NCBI RefSeq assembly: GCF_021246445.1
Contig: NZ_JAJQXW010000001.1
Coordinates: forward strand, 1,754,168-1,818,167
DNA length: 64,000 nt
Source: Rhabdothermincola salaria
GTDB taxonomy: Bacteria; Actinomycetota; Acidimicrobiia; Acidimicrobiales; Acidimicrobilacustridaceae
Direction of reading: 5' to 3'
Shown here: positions 49,404-58,746 of the stretch, piece after piece
How positions within the stretch are numbered: position 1 is the first letter of the stretch
How the letters are laid out: every line of letters starts with the position of its first letter
Notes under the pieces: generated by a model
What the model was told of the DNA's origin: nothing
Database searches by the model: none
Seen by the model: the letters and a program-made list of their open reading frames with translations, nothing else
Program-made: the position numbers and the translations under genes

Positions 49404-50375
49404 ATGGAGCCGGACAGCCGATGGACAAGCGTGCCCCATCCATCGTCCGACCGCACGCCCACGCGTGGCGGCGAGGCCGACGCCGCCGCCGCGGCCGTCC
49501 GTCGCGTCGACCAGCTGGCCACCGTCGCGACGGGCGCCGAGCACGACGAGACGTTGACGGCCCAGCTCGATGCCCGCGACCGGGCGTCGGCGGAGGACGC
49601 TCGGACCCAGGCCGAGGGCCGGAGAGCGGCGGCGGTCAAGGCGCTGGCCCACCTGCGCGGCGACGCGGGCGCCGACGAGCCGGGGGTGTCAGGTGACGCG
49701 GGCCGCGACGAGCGGGCGCCCGAGGCCGGTGGCGCCCCCGAGGCGCGCCCGACCGCCGCGGCTGACGACGGCGCCAGCCCCGGCCCCCCACCGGCGACCG
49801 AGACCGCGGAGCCCGGGCCGGCCGACACCACCGACGCCACCCACGGGGCGGTCCCCGTTCCCACCGGCGGGCCGGCCGCGGTGGTGGCCCAGGTGTTCGG
49901 AGCGGCCGCCGCCGAGCAGGGATCGCAGTCCCCGGCTCCCCCTCTGCTGGAGCTGCGGCCCTCCACGATCGGCGCCGGCGTCGACCAGCTCGGCGATCGG
50001 GTCCTCGTCTACGACGACCGGGTGGAGCACCGTGACCGCCACGGCCGCCTCCGCCGCACCATGCGCCGACGCGACGTCACCGAGGTGCTGGTCCAGCGCC
50101 GACTCACCGGCACCGTGCTCGAGCTCCACTCGCGTGCCGGCCTCCCCCTGGTGCTCAAAGGGGTCCGGCCCGACGCCGCCGACGAGGTCCGCCGCCTGCT
50201 CACCCCCACCGGGCCCGCACCCCGGGTCGACCACCGCCCCACGTTCGACGAAGGGGCGTTGTTGCACAAGTTGGTCGACCTCCACCGGGCCGGGGTGCTC
50301 GACGAGCACGAGCTGGCCGCCAAGACCGAGGTGGTCGCCCGCCTGGCCCGGGACCACCGAGACGCCGAGCACTGA
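49404..50375 (+). CDS. hypothetical protein with PH-like and SHOCT-like C-terminal domains
   Basis: Low-complexity linker, beta-rich segment RVLVYDDRVEH...VLVQRRLTGTVLEL, then LLHKLVDLHRAGVLDEHELAAK; start uncertain. Confidence 0.55.
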   Translation: MEPDSRWTSVPHPSSDRTPTRGGEADAAAAAVRRVDQLATVATGAEHDETLTAQLDARDRASAEDARTQAEGRRAAAVKALAHLRGDAGADEPGVSGDAGRDERAPEAGGAPEARPTAAADDGASPGPPPATETAEPGPADTTDATHGAVPVPTGGPAAVVAQVFGAAAAEQGSQSPAPPLLELRPSTIGAGVDQLGDRVLVYDDRVEHRDRHGRLRRTMRRRDVTEVLVQRRLTGTVLELHSRAGLPLVLKGVRPDAADEVRRLLTPTGPAPRVDHRPTFDEGALLHKLVDLHRAGVLDEHELAAKTEVVARLARDHRDAEH

Positions 50376-50438
50376 GTCGCTCCGGACGGGCGGGGTGGGA
50401 CGGCGTCGCTCGCCGGCCCCTGGAGGCCGCCCAGCGCC

Positions 50439-51392
50439 CTAACGGGGCAGCGTGGAGACCATCAGCACCAGCAACCCGAGCAGGACGATGAGCGAGCTCA
50501 CCAACCACAGCCACCGTCGCCCGGCGTCGGTGTCGAGCGGGTCGACCTGGGCCAGGGCCTGGCGCGCCCGTTCGAGCTCGAGGCGCAGGTCCTCGGCCTG
50601 ACGTTCGAGGTCCGACGCCGCCGCCCCTGTGTCGTCCATCTGGGACTGCACCGCGCTGGTGTCCTCCTGGGCTGCCTCGCGAGCCGACCGTTCGGTCGCC
50701 AGCTCCTGTTCGAGCTCGCGGTACTCGTCGCGCAGACCGGCCACCGCCGCGTACTGGGCCTGCAGCTCGGCCAGCTGGCGAGCCACGGCCCGGCCCCGGC
50801 CGACGGCGCTGGACGCGGCCGCTCGGGCCTCGTCGAGCTGGCGTTGCAGGTCCTCGCGCTCGTGCTGGAGCTCGGCGAGCTCGCCGAGGAGGGCCTCGGC
50901 CTCGGTGACGCCGCGCTGGCGGGCGTGACGTCGAGCCGACTGCCACCGCAGGTCCTCGGTCAGCTCCACGAGCCGATCGGCCATCGGTGAGCCGGCCCGC
51001 TCGAGCAGGTCCTCGGCCCACCGGTGCACGGCCAGGGCGTAGTCGAGGTCGAAGGGGTGCTCGGCGTCGGGGTGGGCCCAGTGGTTGCGGGCCGTGCGCA
51101 GGTCGGTGACCGTGTCCCTCGTCGACGCCCCGAGCACCGCGAGGAACACGGGACCCCACCAGCGGGCGATGACCTCGAGCTGGAAGTGCGGGTCGGTGAG
51201 CGAGACCAGGACGTCGCGTCGCTTGCCCAGCTTCGACGCCGCCATCATGATCCAGTCCTCGTCGGGGAAGGCCGCCCGCATGCGGGCGTCGACGAACGGG
51301 GCCAGACCCTCGGCCAGGGCCTCGAAGGCGATGGCCACCTCGCCACGATGGCTGGGCCCCTCGGAGGGATCGGCGGCGGGGGCGTCGGACAC
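50439..51392 (-). CDS. Swt1-like HEPN domain protein with coiled coil and C-terminal TM helix
   Basis: LAEGLAPFV, DPHFQLEVI..WW..VF, HEPN motif RNHWAH (Rx4H); heptad-rich region; terminal hydrophobic helix; GTG start after TACCGT -10. Confidence 0.72.
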   Translation of the reverse strand: MSDAPAADPSEGPSHRGEVAIAFEALAEGLAPFVDARMRAAFPDEDWIMMAASKLGKRRDVLVSLTDPHFQLEVIARWWGPVFLAVLGASTRDTVTDLRTARNHWAHPDAEHPFDLDYALAVHRWAEDLLERAGSPMADRLVELTEDLRWQSARRHARQRGVTEAEALLGELAELQHEREDLQRQLDEARAAASSAVGRGRAVARQLAELQAQYAAVAGLRDEYRELEQELATERSAREAAQEDTSAVQSQMDDTGAAASDLERQAEDLRLELERARQALAQVDPLDTDAGRRWLWLVSSLIVLLGLLVLMVSTLPR

Positions 51393-51536
51393 GAGGGCGA
51401 CGGTACCGGGCCCGGGGGCGGGGCGGCGAGGCCGCCGGCGCGGCGCCGGAGCGAAAAAGGTCGTCGCCCGACGACGAGGGGCGCGCGGCCCGCCCGCTAG
51501 CGTCGGGGCGACCGACGACGGGGGAAGGGAGCACGA

Positions 51537-52442
51537 GTGTCCGCTGAGCGACCGTCCCCCGCTGTCACCCTTCACGAGGCCGCCGACCTCCTTGGTGTGC
51601 ACTACATGACCGCCTACCGCTACGTGCGCACCGGCCGGCTCCCGGCGGCCAAGCACGGTGCCGAGTGGCGGGTCCAACGAGCCGACCTGGAGGCCTTCCG
51701 CGACGCCGCCGCCGGTCCCCGCGGGGGTGGCAACGGCCACCGCGAGGTCGGCGAGGGTCGGCCGGGCCCGGTGCCGGCCCGCGGCAGACGACGGGGCGTC
51801 AGCTACCACCACCGCCTCGAGGGGCGCCTCCTGGCGGGCGACGAGCCCGGAGCCTGGTCGATCCTCCAGGACGCCATGACCGCCGGGGTCGAACCCCACG
51901 AGATCTACCTCGAGGTGATGGCCCCGGCCATGGCCGCCATCGGCGAGGGCTGGGCGGCCGGCCGGATCAGCGTGGCCGAGGAGCACCGGGCGTCGGTGGT
52001 GATGCTGCGCCTCATCGGGCGACTGGGCCCGCGCTTCTCCCGACCGGGGCGCAAGCGCGGGTCGGTGGTGGTGGGCGCCGCCCCCGGCGACCACCACGGT
52101 GTGCCCGTGGCCCTGGCCGCCGACCTGCTGCGGGCTGAGGGGTTCACGGTGGTCGACCTCGGCGCCGACACCCCGGCGGAGTCCTTCGCCGAGGCGGCAC
52201 GCGACGCCGAACGGCTCGTGGCGGTGGGCATCAACGCCACCACGCCGCGCAACGAGGCCAACATCGCTGCCACCATCGCCGACGTGCGCCGGATGCTCGG
52301 GTGCCCGATCGTGCTCGGCGGAAGCGGCCTCGACCCGGAATCGGCCCCGACGCTCGGCGCCGACGTGGTCACCCGGTCGGCACCGGAGGCGATCGCCGCC
52401 TTCAACGCGCTGGCCGAGACCCGCTCCCGCCGCCGAGCCTGA
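51537..52442 (+). CDS. excisionase-type HTH plus cobalamin-binding domain regulator (CarH/LitR-like)
   Basis: TLHEAADLLGVHYMTAYRYVRTGRLPA; IGEGWAAGRISVAEEH; GDHHGVP; DLGADTP. Confidence 0.85.
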   Translation: MSAERPSPAVTLHEAADLLGVHYMTAYRYVRTGRLPAAKHGAEWRVQRADLEAFRDAAAGPRGGGNGHREVGEGRPGPVPARGRRRGVSYHHRLEGRLLAGDEPGAWSILQDAMTAGVEPHEIYLEVMAPAMAAIGEGWAAGRISVAEEHRASVVMLRLIGRLGPRFSRPGRKRGSVVVGAAPGDHHGVPVALAADLLRAEGFTVVDLGADTPAESFAEAARDAERLVAVGINATTPRNEANIAATIADVRRMLGCPIVLGGSGLDPESAPTLGADVVTRSAPEAIAAFNALAETRSRRRA

Positions 52443-52475
52443 GCCCGGCACCCCGACACATCGCTCGACACCCGG

Positions 52476-53468
52476 TCAGGGTCCGGGGGGCACCGGTGTC
52501 ACCGCCGGCCGGCCCGACAGCACCTCCACCACGTTGCGGGTGCACAGCTCCACCATGTCGGCGCGGGCCGTGGTGGTGGCCGACCCCAGGTGCGGGGCCA
52601 GCACCACGTCGCCGCGGTCGAGCAGCCCCTGATGCACCACCGGCTCGGCCTCGTAGACGTCGAGCCCGGCGCCGGCGATGCGCCCCTCGTCCAGCGCCTG
52701 CACCAGGGCGGCTTCGTCGACGAGCGGCCCACGACCGGTGTTGACCAGCACCGCGGTGGACTTCATGCGGGCCAGGGCGTCGGCGTCGACCAGGTGGTGG
52801 CTGTCGGCGTTGAGCGGGGCGTGCAGCGACACGACATCGGCGGTGGCGAACAACTCGTCGAGGCCCACGTAGGTGACGCCGAGCTGCGCCTCGACGTCGG
52901 AGGGCACCCGCCGGCGGTTGTGGTAGCAGATCTCCATCCCGAACCCGGCGGCCCGGCGGGCCACGGCCCGGCCGATGGCCCCCATGCCGACGATGCCGAG
53001 CCGGCGCCCGGCCACCGGTTGACCGACCAGCTGACGGGGCGCCCACCCCGACCAGGCACCCGACCGCACCAGCCGCTCCCCCTCGCCGAGGCGGCGGGCG
53101 GTGGCCAGCAGCAGGGCCCAGGCCAGGTCGGCGGTGGCGTCGGTGAGCACCCCCGGGGTGTTGGTGACCTCCACACCCCGGGCCCGGGCGGCCGCCACGT
53201 CGACGTTGTCGAAGCCCACCGCGTAGTTGGCGACCACCCGCAGGCGCGGGGCGGCGTCGAGCAGGGCGCCGTCGATGCGGTCGCTGAGCATGCACACCAG
53301 GGCATCGGCGTCGGCCACCGCGGCGGCCAGCTCCGCGGCGTCGAGGGGCCGGTCGTCGGAGTTGGCCGTGACGGTGAGCCCGGCCGCCTCGAGCAGGGCC
53401 GTGCCGGGCTCGGGGAGCGGTCGGGTGACGTGGACGGTGCCGGAGAGCGACGGTGCGGGGCGATCCAT
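52476..53468 (-). CDS. D-2-hydroxyacid dehydrogenase (glyoxylate reductase/D-glycerate dehydrogenase)
   Basis: AVGFDNVD, NTPGVLTDATAD, GMGAIG, NTGRG, LDVYEAEP, PHLGSAT. Confidence 0.92.
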   Translation of the reverse strand: MDRPAPSLSGTVHVTRPLPEPGTALLEAAGLTVTANSDDRPLDAAELAAAVADADALVCMLSDRIDGALLDAAPRLRVVANYAVGFDNVDVAAARARGVEVTNTPGVLTDATADLAWALLLATARRLGEGERLVRSGAWSGWAPRQLVGQPVAGRRLGIVGMGAIGRAVARRAAGFGMEICYHNRRRVPSDVEAQLGVTYVGLDELFATADVVSLHAPLNADSHHLVDADALARMKSTAVLVNTGRGPLVDEAALVQALDEGRIAGAGLDVYEAEPVVHQGLLDRGDVVLAPHLGSATTTARADMVELCTRNVVEVLSGRPAVTPVPPGP

Positions 53469-53515
53469 GCCCCCACCGTCGCGCAACCGCCGACGGTGCC
53501 GGCGCCGGCGGGCGC

Positions 53516-54493
53516 TCAGGGCTCGTACGGCTCGCCGGGCCGGCCGCCCGCCGAGCTGCGCCGGCCGGAGCCACCGGCGGCCGGGTCCGGGTCCGGGTCC
53601 GGGTCCGGGTCCGGGCTCGCAGGGTCGTGGGGCGCGGCGGCGAAGGTGACGGCGGCGCCGAACGCAGCTCGTCGGGAGGCCCGTCGCAGGGCGGCGAGCA
53701 GGGGCCGGCCGGCGAGCACCAGGAACCCGGCGGTGAAGGCGGCGCGGGGGAGGTCGAACCCCAGCGAGGTGGCCAGGTGGAAGGCCCAGAAGCGCGACAG
53801 GTTCTCGCCCAGCCCGGCGCCGGTCACGAAGGAGATGGCGGTGTCGCCCCCGGTGACGAAGGGCCAGAACCACAGGTTGAGGATCAGCCCGTAGACGAGC
53901 GACGCCGCCGCCGCGTAGCCGGCCAGCATCGCCACCTCGGCCCGGCCTCGCAGGGGCGGCAGGCAGCCGGCGAAGAAGCCGATCCAGGCGGCGCCGAACA
54001 TCTGGAACGGCAGCCAGGGGCCCACCCCACCCGTGAGCAGGGCCGACACGAACAGCGTGAGGGCACCGAGGACGAAGCCGAACCCGCGCCCCAGCACCCG
54101 ACCCGCCGGCACCAGGAGGAAGAACACCGGCTCGAACCCGGCGACCCCGCCGCTCGGGAGCCGGAGGGCGGCGCCGCAGGCGGCCAGCACCCCGAGCAGG
54201 GCGATGGCCTTGGCGTCGAGGGAGCCCTCGGACAGCTCGGCCAGCACGATGGCCAACAGCAGCGGCAGGAGGGCCACGAAGAGCCAGGGCGCGTCGGCGC
54301 TGTGGGCGGTGCCGGCCGTCCCCGACGGGGCGGTGAGCAGCGGCCAGGTGAAGGCCACCAGGCCCAGCAGCGAAGCCGCCACCAACAGCGTCCAGGACCG
54401 CCAGCCGAGGCGCACGGCCTGCACCCGGCCGGGATGGCCGGTCGGCGCGGTCGTGGTCGGGATCGTGGTCGCGGTCGCGGTCGGTGCGCTCAT
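53516..54493 (-). CDS. ECF transporter S component (CbrT-like, cobalamin-related)
   Basis: DAKAIALLGVLAA, GFEPVFF, GGVGPWLPFQM, multiple TM; last ECF gene of riboswitch-led operon. Confidence 0.82.
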   Translation of the reverse strand: MSAPTATATTIPTTTAPTGHPGRVQAVRLGWRSWTLLVAASLLGLVAFTWPLLTAPSGTAGTAHSADAPWLFVALLPLLLAIVLAELSEGSLDAKAIALLGVLAACGAALRLPSGGVAGFEPVFFLLVPAGRVLGRGFGFVLGALTLFVSALLTGGVGPWLPFQMFGAAWIGFFAGCLPPLRGRAEVAMLAGYAAAASLVYGLILNLWFWPFVTGGDTAISFVTGAGLGENLSRFWAFHLATSLGFDLPRAAFTAGFLVLAGRPLLAALRRASRRAAFGAAVTFAAAPHDPASPDPDPDPDPDPAAGGSGRRSSAGGRPGEPYEP

Positions 54494-56118
54494 GCGGGTG
54501 CTCCCGCCCCGGCGGCGAGGGCGACGGTGACCTCGCCGACGGTGAGCCACGGCTCGGGGGCCATGACCTTGGCGACCTGCGGGGCGAAGACCGGCGAGTG
54601 CACGACGACCTCGCGTGCCGGGCCGTCGGCCACCACCTCGCCGTCGGCGAGGACGATGGCCCGGTCGGCGACCTCGGCCACCACCTCGACGTCGTGGGTG
54701 GCGATCACCACGCCGTGGCCGTCGTCGGCCAGCTGGCGGATGATGGCCACCAGGCGGCCCTTGGCCGCGTAGTCGAGGCCCCGGGTGGGCTCGTCGAGCA
54801 GCACCAGCGGTGGTTCGGGAGCCATGACCACGGCCAGGGCCAGGCCGAGCCGCTGCCCCTCGGAGAGGTCGCGGGGGTGGGCGTCGTCGGCCAGGTCCGG
54901 CACCAGGCGGTCGAGCAGGGACCGGGTGGTGCCGGGAGCCAGGCCGCCGTCGCGGTCGGTGGCCCGGCACTCGGCGGCGACGGTGTCGTGGTAGAGCAGC
55001 ACGCCGGCGTCCTGGGGCACCAGACCCGCCCGCCGCACCACCTCCTTGGCCGAGAGGCCGTGGGGGGCCGAGCCCTGCAGGTCGACGTCGCCCCCGTGGG
55101 GGGTGGCGAGGCCGACGAACTGCGACAGCAGCGTGGACTTGCCGGCCCCGTTGCGACCCATCAGGGCCACGACCTCTCCGGCGCGCACCTCGATCCCCAC
55201 GTCGCGCAGCGCCGTCAGAGGCCCATAGCCGGCGAAGAGCCCGCGGGCGCGCACCAACGCCGCGCCGGTCTCGGGGGCGCGGACGGGAGGCGTCACCCCG
55301 GCCAGCCGGGTGCGCAGGTCGCCGGCCCGGCGGCGAGCGTCGCGCACCGACAACGGCAGCGGCGACCAACCCGCCGCCCGCCCGAGGGCCACCACCGGGG
55401 GGACCACCGGCGACAGGGCCAACTCGGCGGCCGGGGGCCCGCTGCGCACGGCGCCACCCTGGCCGGGCCCGCCGAGCACGACCACCCGGTCGGCGTACTG
55501 GACGACCCGTTCGAGGCGGTGCTCGGCGACGAGGACGGTGACCCCGAGGTCGTGGACCAGGCGGGTGAGGGCGGCCAGCACCTCCTCGGCGGCGGCGGGG
55601 TCGAGGGCGGAGGTGGGTTCGTCGAGCACCAGCACGCGGGGCCCGGCGGTCATCACCGACCCGATGGCGACGCGCTGTTGCTGTCCTCCCGAGAGGGTGG
55701 CGAGGGGACGGGCCCGCAGCTCGTGCAAGCCGAGGAGGTCGAGCACGTCCTCGACCCGGCGGCGCATGACGTCGGGCGCCACTCCCAGGTTCTCCATGGC
55801 GTGGGCCAGCTCGTCCTCGACGATGTCGGTGACGAACCCGGCGGCCGGGTCCTGGCCGACCAGGCCGACGACGTCGGCCAACTCACGCGGGGGGAAGGCC
55901 TCGGTGGTGCGCCCGGCGACGGTGACGGTGCCGGTGAGCAGCCCGCCGGAGAAGCGCGGGACCAGGCCGTTGACGGCTCGCAGGAGCGTGGACTTGCCCG
56001 ACCCGGTGGGACCGATGACCAGGCACAGCTCGCCCTCGGGCACCTCGAAGGACACGTCGCGCAGCGTGGGGGACGCGGCCTCGGGATAGGTGAACGAGAC
56101 ACGGTCGAAGCAGATCAC
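54490..56118 (-). CDS. ECF transporter fused double ATPase
   Basis: GPTGSGKST/LSGGQQQR/DEPTSALD and GRNGAGKST/LSEGQR/DEPTRGLD. Confidence 0.92.
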   Translation of the reverse strand: MICFDRVSFTYPEAASPTLRDVSFEVPEGELCLVIGPTGSGKSTLLRAVNGLVPRFSGGLLTGTVTVAGRTTEAFPPRELADVVGLVGQDPAAGFVTDIVEDELAHAMENLGVAPDVMRRRVEDVLDLLGLHELRARPLATLSGGQQQRVAIGSVMTAGPRVLVLDEPTSALDPAAAEEVLAALTRLVHDLGVTVLVAEHRLERVVQYADRVVVLGGPGQGGAVRSGPPAAELALSPVVPPVVALGRAAGWSPLPLSVRDARRRAGDLRTRLAGVTPPVRAPETGAALVRARGLFAGYGPLTALRDVGIEVRAGEVVALMGRNGAGKSTLLSQFVGLATPHGGDVDLQGSAPHGLSAKEVVRRAGLVPQDAGVLLYHDTVAAECRATDRDGGLAPGTTRSLLDRLVPDLADDAHPRDLSEGQRLGLALAVVMAPEPPLVLLDEPTRGLDYAAKGRLVAIIRQLADDGHGVVIATHDVEVVAEVADRAIVLADGEVVADGPAREVVVHSPVFAPQVAKVMAPEPWLTVGEVTVALAAGAGAPA

Positions 56119-57434
56119 GGTGCCGCCTCGGCCAGCGGGCCCGGGTCGGGGAGCTGGGTCGCCGAGCTCCGATCTCCGGTGGCCGGGGTCGCGCCGGCCG
56201 GGGAGGGGTCCGCGACGGCCGGCCCGAACGTGCCGCGTTCGGGCCCGCCGGAGCCAGCCGCGCCCTGGTCGGCGGCGGCGGGGTCGGCCGGGTCCGGGCG
56301 GCAGGGGGTCGTGGCGGGGGTGCGCTCGGCGGGGGGCAGGTCGTCCACGGTGGCCAGCGAGGGGGGCAGCGGGGTGAGCCAGGCGGGCAGCAGGCCGGCG
56401 AGCAGGCCGAGCGCGGCGAGCACCGGCAGCGTGGGCCACTCGAGGGGCTGCACGCTCGGTTCGAGGTCGGCGCCGGCCCGACCGGCCGCCACGACGCCGA
56501 GCACCATGATCAGCCCGGAGGCCGCGGTGGCCCACTCGGGGCCCGCCCACGGATCGGGGCGATACCGCGTGCGGGCCGAACGACGGCTGCCCGCCACGAG
56601 GGCGGCGGCCAACGAGGCCATGCCGACGGCGAGGGCGGGCACGCCGAGCACGAACGGCGTCGACGGGTCGAGCACCCCGTAGGACCCGACGGCGGCCAGG
56701 AGCAGGCCCGCCAGGGTGAGCGTGGCGGCCACCCGGCGAGCACCGACCGAGGCATCGCCCCGGCGTCCGTAGCCTCGGGCGTCCATGGAGGCGGCCAGGG
56801 CGATGGAGCGCTCGAGCGCCCCCTCGAGCACCGGCAGGGCCACGTCGCGCAGCACGGTCAGGCCCCGGCCGCCGCGACCACGCAGGCGCCGGGCGTCGCG
56901 GACCTGTCGGGCGGAGACGACCGCCTGGGGGGCGGTGGTGAGGGCGACCGAGACGGCCACGCCGGCCTCGTAGAGCACCGAGGGCAGGCTGCGCAGCAGG
57001 CGATAGGGGCTGCACAGCGAGGAGGCGGCGGCGAAGCAGGCGATGACCACGGCCAGCCGAAAGCCCTGGTAGAAGGCGCCGACCAGGGCTTCGAGGGTGA
57101 CCTCTCCCCCGAGGCTCACCCCGCCAGCCCAGGCGGGCAGGTCGACGGACGGGACGGCGAACAACGTCGTGCCGGGGAGGCGGTTCCCGAACAGGATCTG
57201 GAAGGCCAGCCGGATGACGATGACCAGCACACCGAGGCGCAGGGCGGCCGAGAAGGTGCGCGCCCACGGAGCGTCGCTGCGGCGGCTCACGACCACGAAG
57301 GCCACGACCGCCAGCAACAGGCCGAGCAGCAGCGGGTTGGTGGTGCGCAGCGCGGTGACCGCACCGCAGGCGGCCCACAGCCACCAGGCACCGGGGTGCA
57401 CGAAGCGCCGGTCGGTGCGGGCGCGGACCATCAC
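56115..57434 (-). CDS. ECF transporter T component (CbiQ family)
   Basis: VHPGAWWLWA, ARRLRG, LAASMDARGYG. Confidence 0.88.
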   Translation of the reverse strand: MMVRARTDRRFVHPGAWWLWAACGAVTALRTTNPLLLGLLLAVVAFVVVSRRSDAPWARTFSAALRLGVLVIVIRLAFQILFGNRLPGTTLFAVPSVDLPAWAGGVSLGGEVTLEALVGAFYQGFRLAVVIACFAAASSLCSPYRLLRSLPSVLYEAGVAVSVALTTAPQAVVSARQVRDARRLRGRGGRGLTVLRDVALPVLEGALERSIALAASMDARGYGRRGDASVGARRVAATLTLAGLLLAAVGSYGVLDPSTPFVLGVPALAVGMASLAAALVAGSRRSARTRYRPDPWAGPEWATAASGLIMVLGVVAAGRAGADLEPSVQPLEWPTLPVLAALGLLAGLLPAWLTPLPPSLATVDDLPPAERTPATTPCRPDPADPAAADQGAAGSGGPERGTFGPAVADPSPAGATPATGDRSSATQLPDPGPLAEAAP

Positions 57435-58480
57435 CGGCGCGACCGGGCCCTCACGACGCCCGCCCCACCGATGACAGCGATGAGCACGACCGCGATCAGC
57501 ACGCCGATCCCGGCCCCGAGGCCGCCGGAGCCGGCCGACGAGGTGCCGGCGGCCAGCTCGGTGTCGGGCGGGGCGCCGTCGTCGTCGCGCGGGGTCGTCG
57601 TCGTGGTCTCGTCGGACCCGGCGGCCTCGTCGGCCCCGGTGTCGTCGGACGCAGTGTCGTCGTCGATCGGATCCACCACCTCACCGGTGTCGCGGTCGAT
57701 GGTGGCACCGGTCTCCGGATCGATGGTCGTGACCCGCGGGCCACGCGTCGGACCGGAGGTGTCGTCGGCCGCGGAGGGCGCCGGCGGGGCCGGCCTCGGG
57801 CTGTTCGACGGCCCCGGGGACGGCGTGGGGGCGGGTGCCGGAGCCGGGGCGGGTGCCGGAGCCGGGGCGGGCGCGGGCGCCGGTGGGGGGGCCGGCAGCG
57901 GCGGGAAGAGTGCCCGGGACGGGGCGATGCGCGGCGGCGGGTTGTGCCCCCCGTCGGGCCCGCTCACGAAGCGCCACCCCTCGATGTCGCCGTCGCGCAC
58001 ACGGCGCACGTGGGGGTTCCCCCCGCCGTAGACCCACGACCCCGAGGTGCCCGACCAGTACGACCAGTAGAGGTAGCCGTCGCCCGAGGGGGTGCCGCAC
58101 CCACTGGCGGGGTACCCGTCGAAGGCGCACAGCAGGCCGCTGTCCGCGTAGCGGGGGCGGGCCGTGCCCAGCACCGCAGCCCGATCGGCCCAGAGCTGGG
58201 CGCCGGTGGTGCCCTCGGCGACGACCAGACAGATGGCGTTGGCGGCGCTGACACCGCTGTCGACGACGACCACCACGCGGACGTGCCCGCCGGGCACCGA
58301 CCCACTGCAGCGGGTGGCCGCGGCCGCGGGGGTGGCGTCCAGCCCGGCGGCCACGGTCGCGGCCGACCCGCCGAACGCCAGGGTCAGCGCCAGCAGCAGG
58401 CCGGTCGGCACCCGGCGGACGCGGCTGCGGCGGGGCGCGACGGAGACGGGCACAGCGGCGACGGCGGGGACGTGTGACAC
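57431..58480 (-). CDS. surface-exposed protein, candidate cobalamin-binding/capture component
   Basis: Signal peptide, Cys-containing domain with YLYWSYW...WVY...DGDIEGWRF, (PA)n stalk, C-terminal TM; first gene after riboswitch. Confidence 0.7.
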   Translation of the reverse strand: MSHVPAVAAVPVSVAPRRSRVRRVPTGLLLALTLAFGGSAATVAAGLDATPAAAATRCSGSVPGGHVRVVVVVDSGVSAANAICLVVAEGTTGAQLWADRAAVLGTARPRYADSGLLCAFDGYPASGCGTPSGDGYLYWSYWSGTSGSWVYGGGNPHVRRVRDGDIEGWRFVSGPDGGHNPPPRIAPSRALFPPLPAPPPAPAPAPAPAPAPAPAPAPTPSPGPSNSPRPAPPAPSAADDTSGPTRGPRVTTIDPETGATIDRDTGEVVDPIDDDTASDDTGADEAAGSDETTTTTPRDDDGAPPDTELAAGTSSAGSGGLGAGIGVLIAVVLIAVIGGAGVVRARSRR

Positions 58481-58599
58481 GAGGCGGATCCTGGCGACCC
58501 GGGTCGAAGGCCCCGTTCCCGGCGGTGCTGGGCACCTGTGTCCGGATCCCGGCCCCGCGACCCGCAGTCCGACGACGGGTTGATGGCGGAGCTTCCCTC

Positions 58600-58724
58600 G
58601 GTCGCGGGCATTCCGGCTCGTGCGTCACGGTCTGCACCGCTGACGCACCCACGGTTGCGGGACAGCGCCGGATTCACACCGGCTTCCCCCACGGCTTCGG
58701 GTTGCGTTGTGGGCCCACGCAACC
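58600..58724 (-). ncRNA. cobalamin riboswitch
   Basis: Minus strand GGGGAAGCCGGTGTGAATCCGGCGCTGTCCCGCAACCGTG...GAGCCGGAATGCCCG (B12 box); P1 GGTTGCG/CGCGACC; upstream of ECF operon. Confidence 0.92.
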
Positions 58725-58746
58725 ACACCCCCACCCCGACGTCAAT

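Noticed and set aside
51537..51720. Prophage excisionase
   Set aside because: HTH is fused to a B12-binding domain; no integrase or phage genes nearby
53581..53615. (GGGTCC)n and, at 57830-57885, Pro-Ala repeats
   Set aside because: In-frame low-complexity DPDPDP and PAPAPA protein linkers
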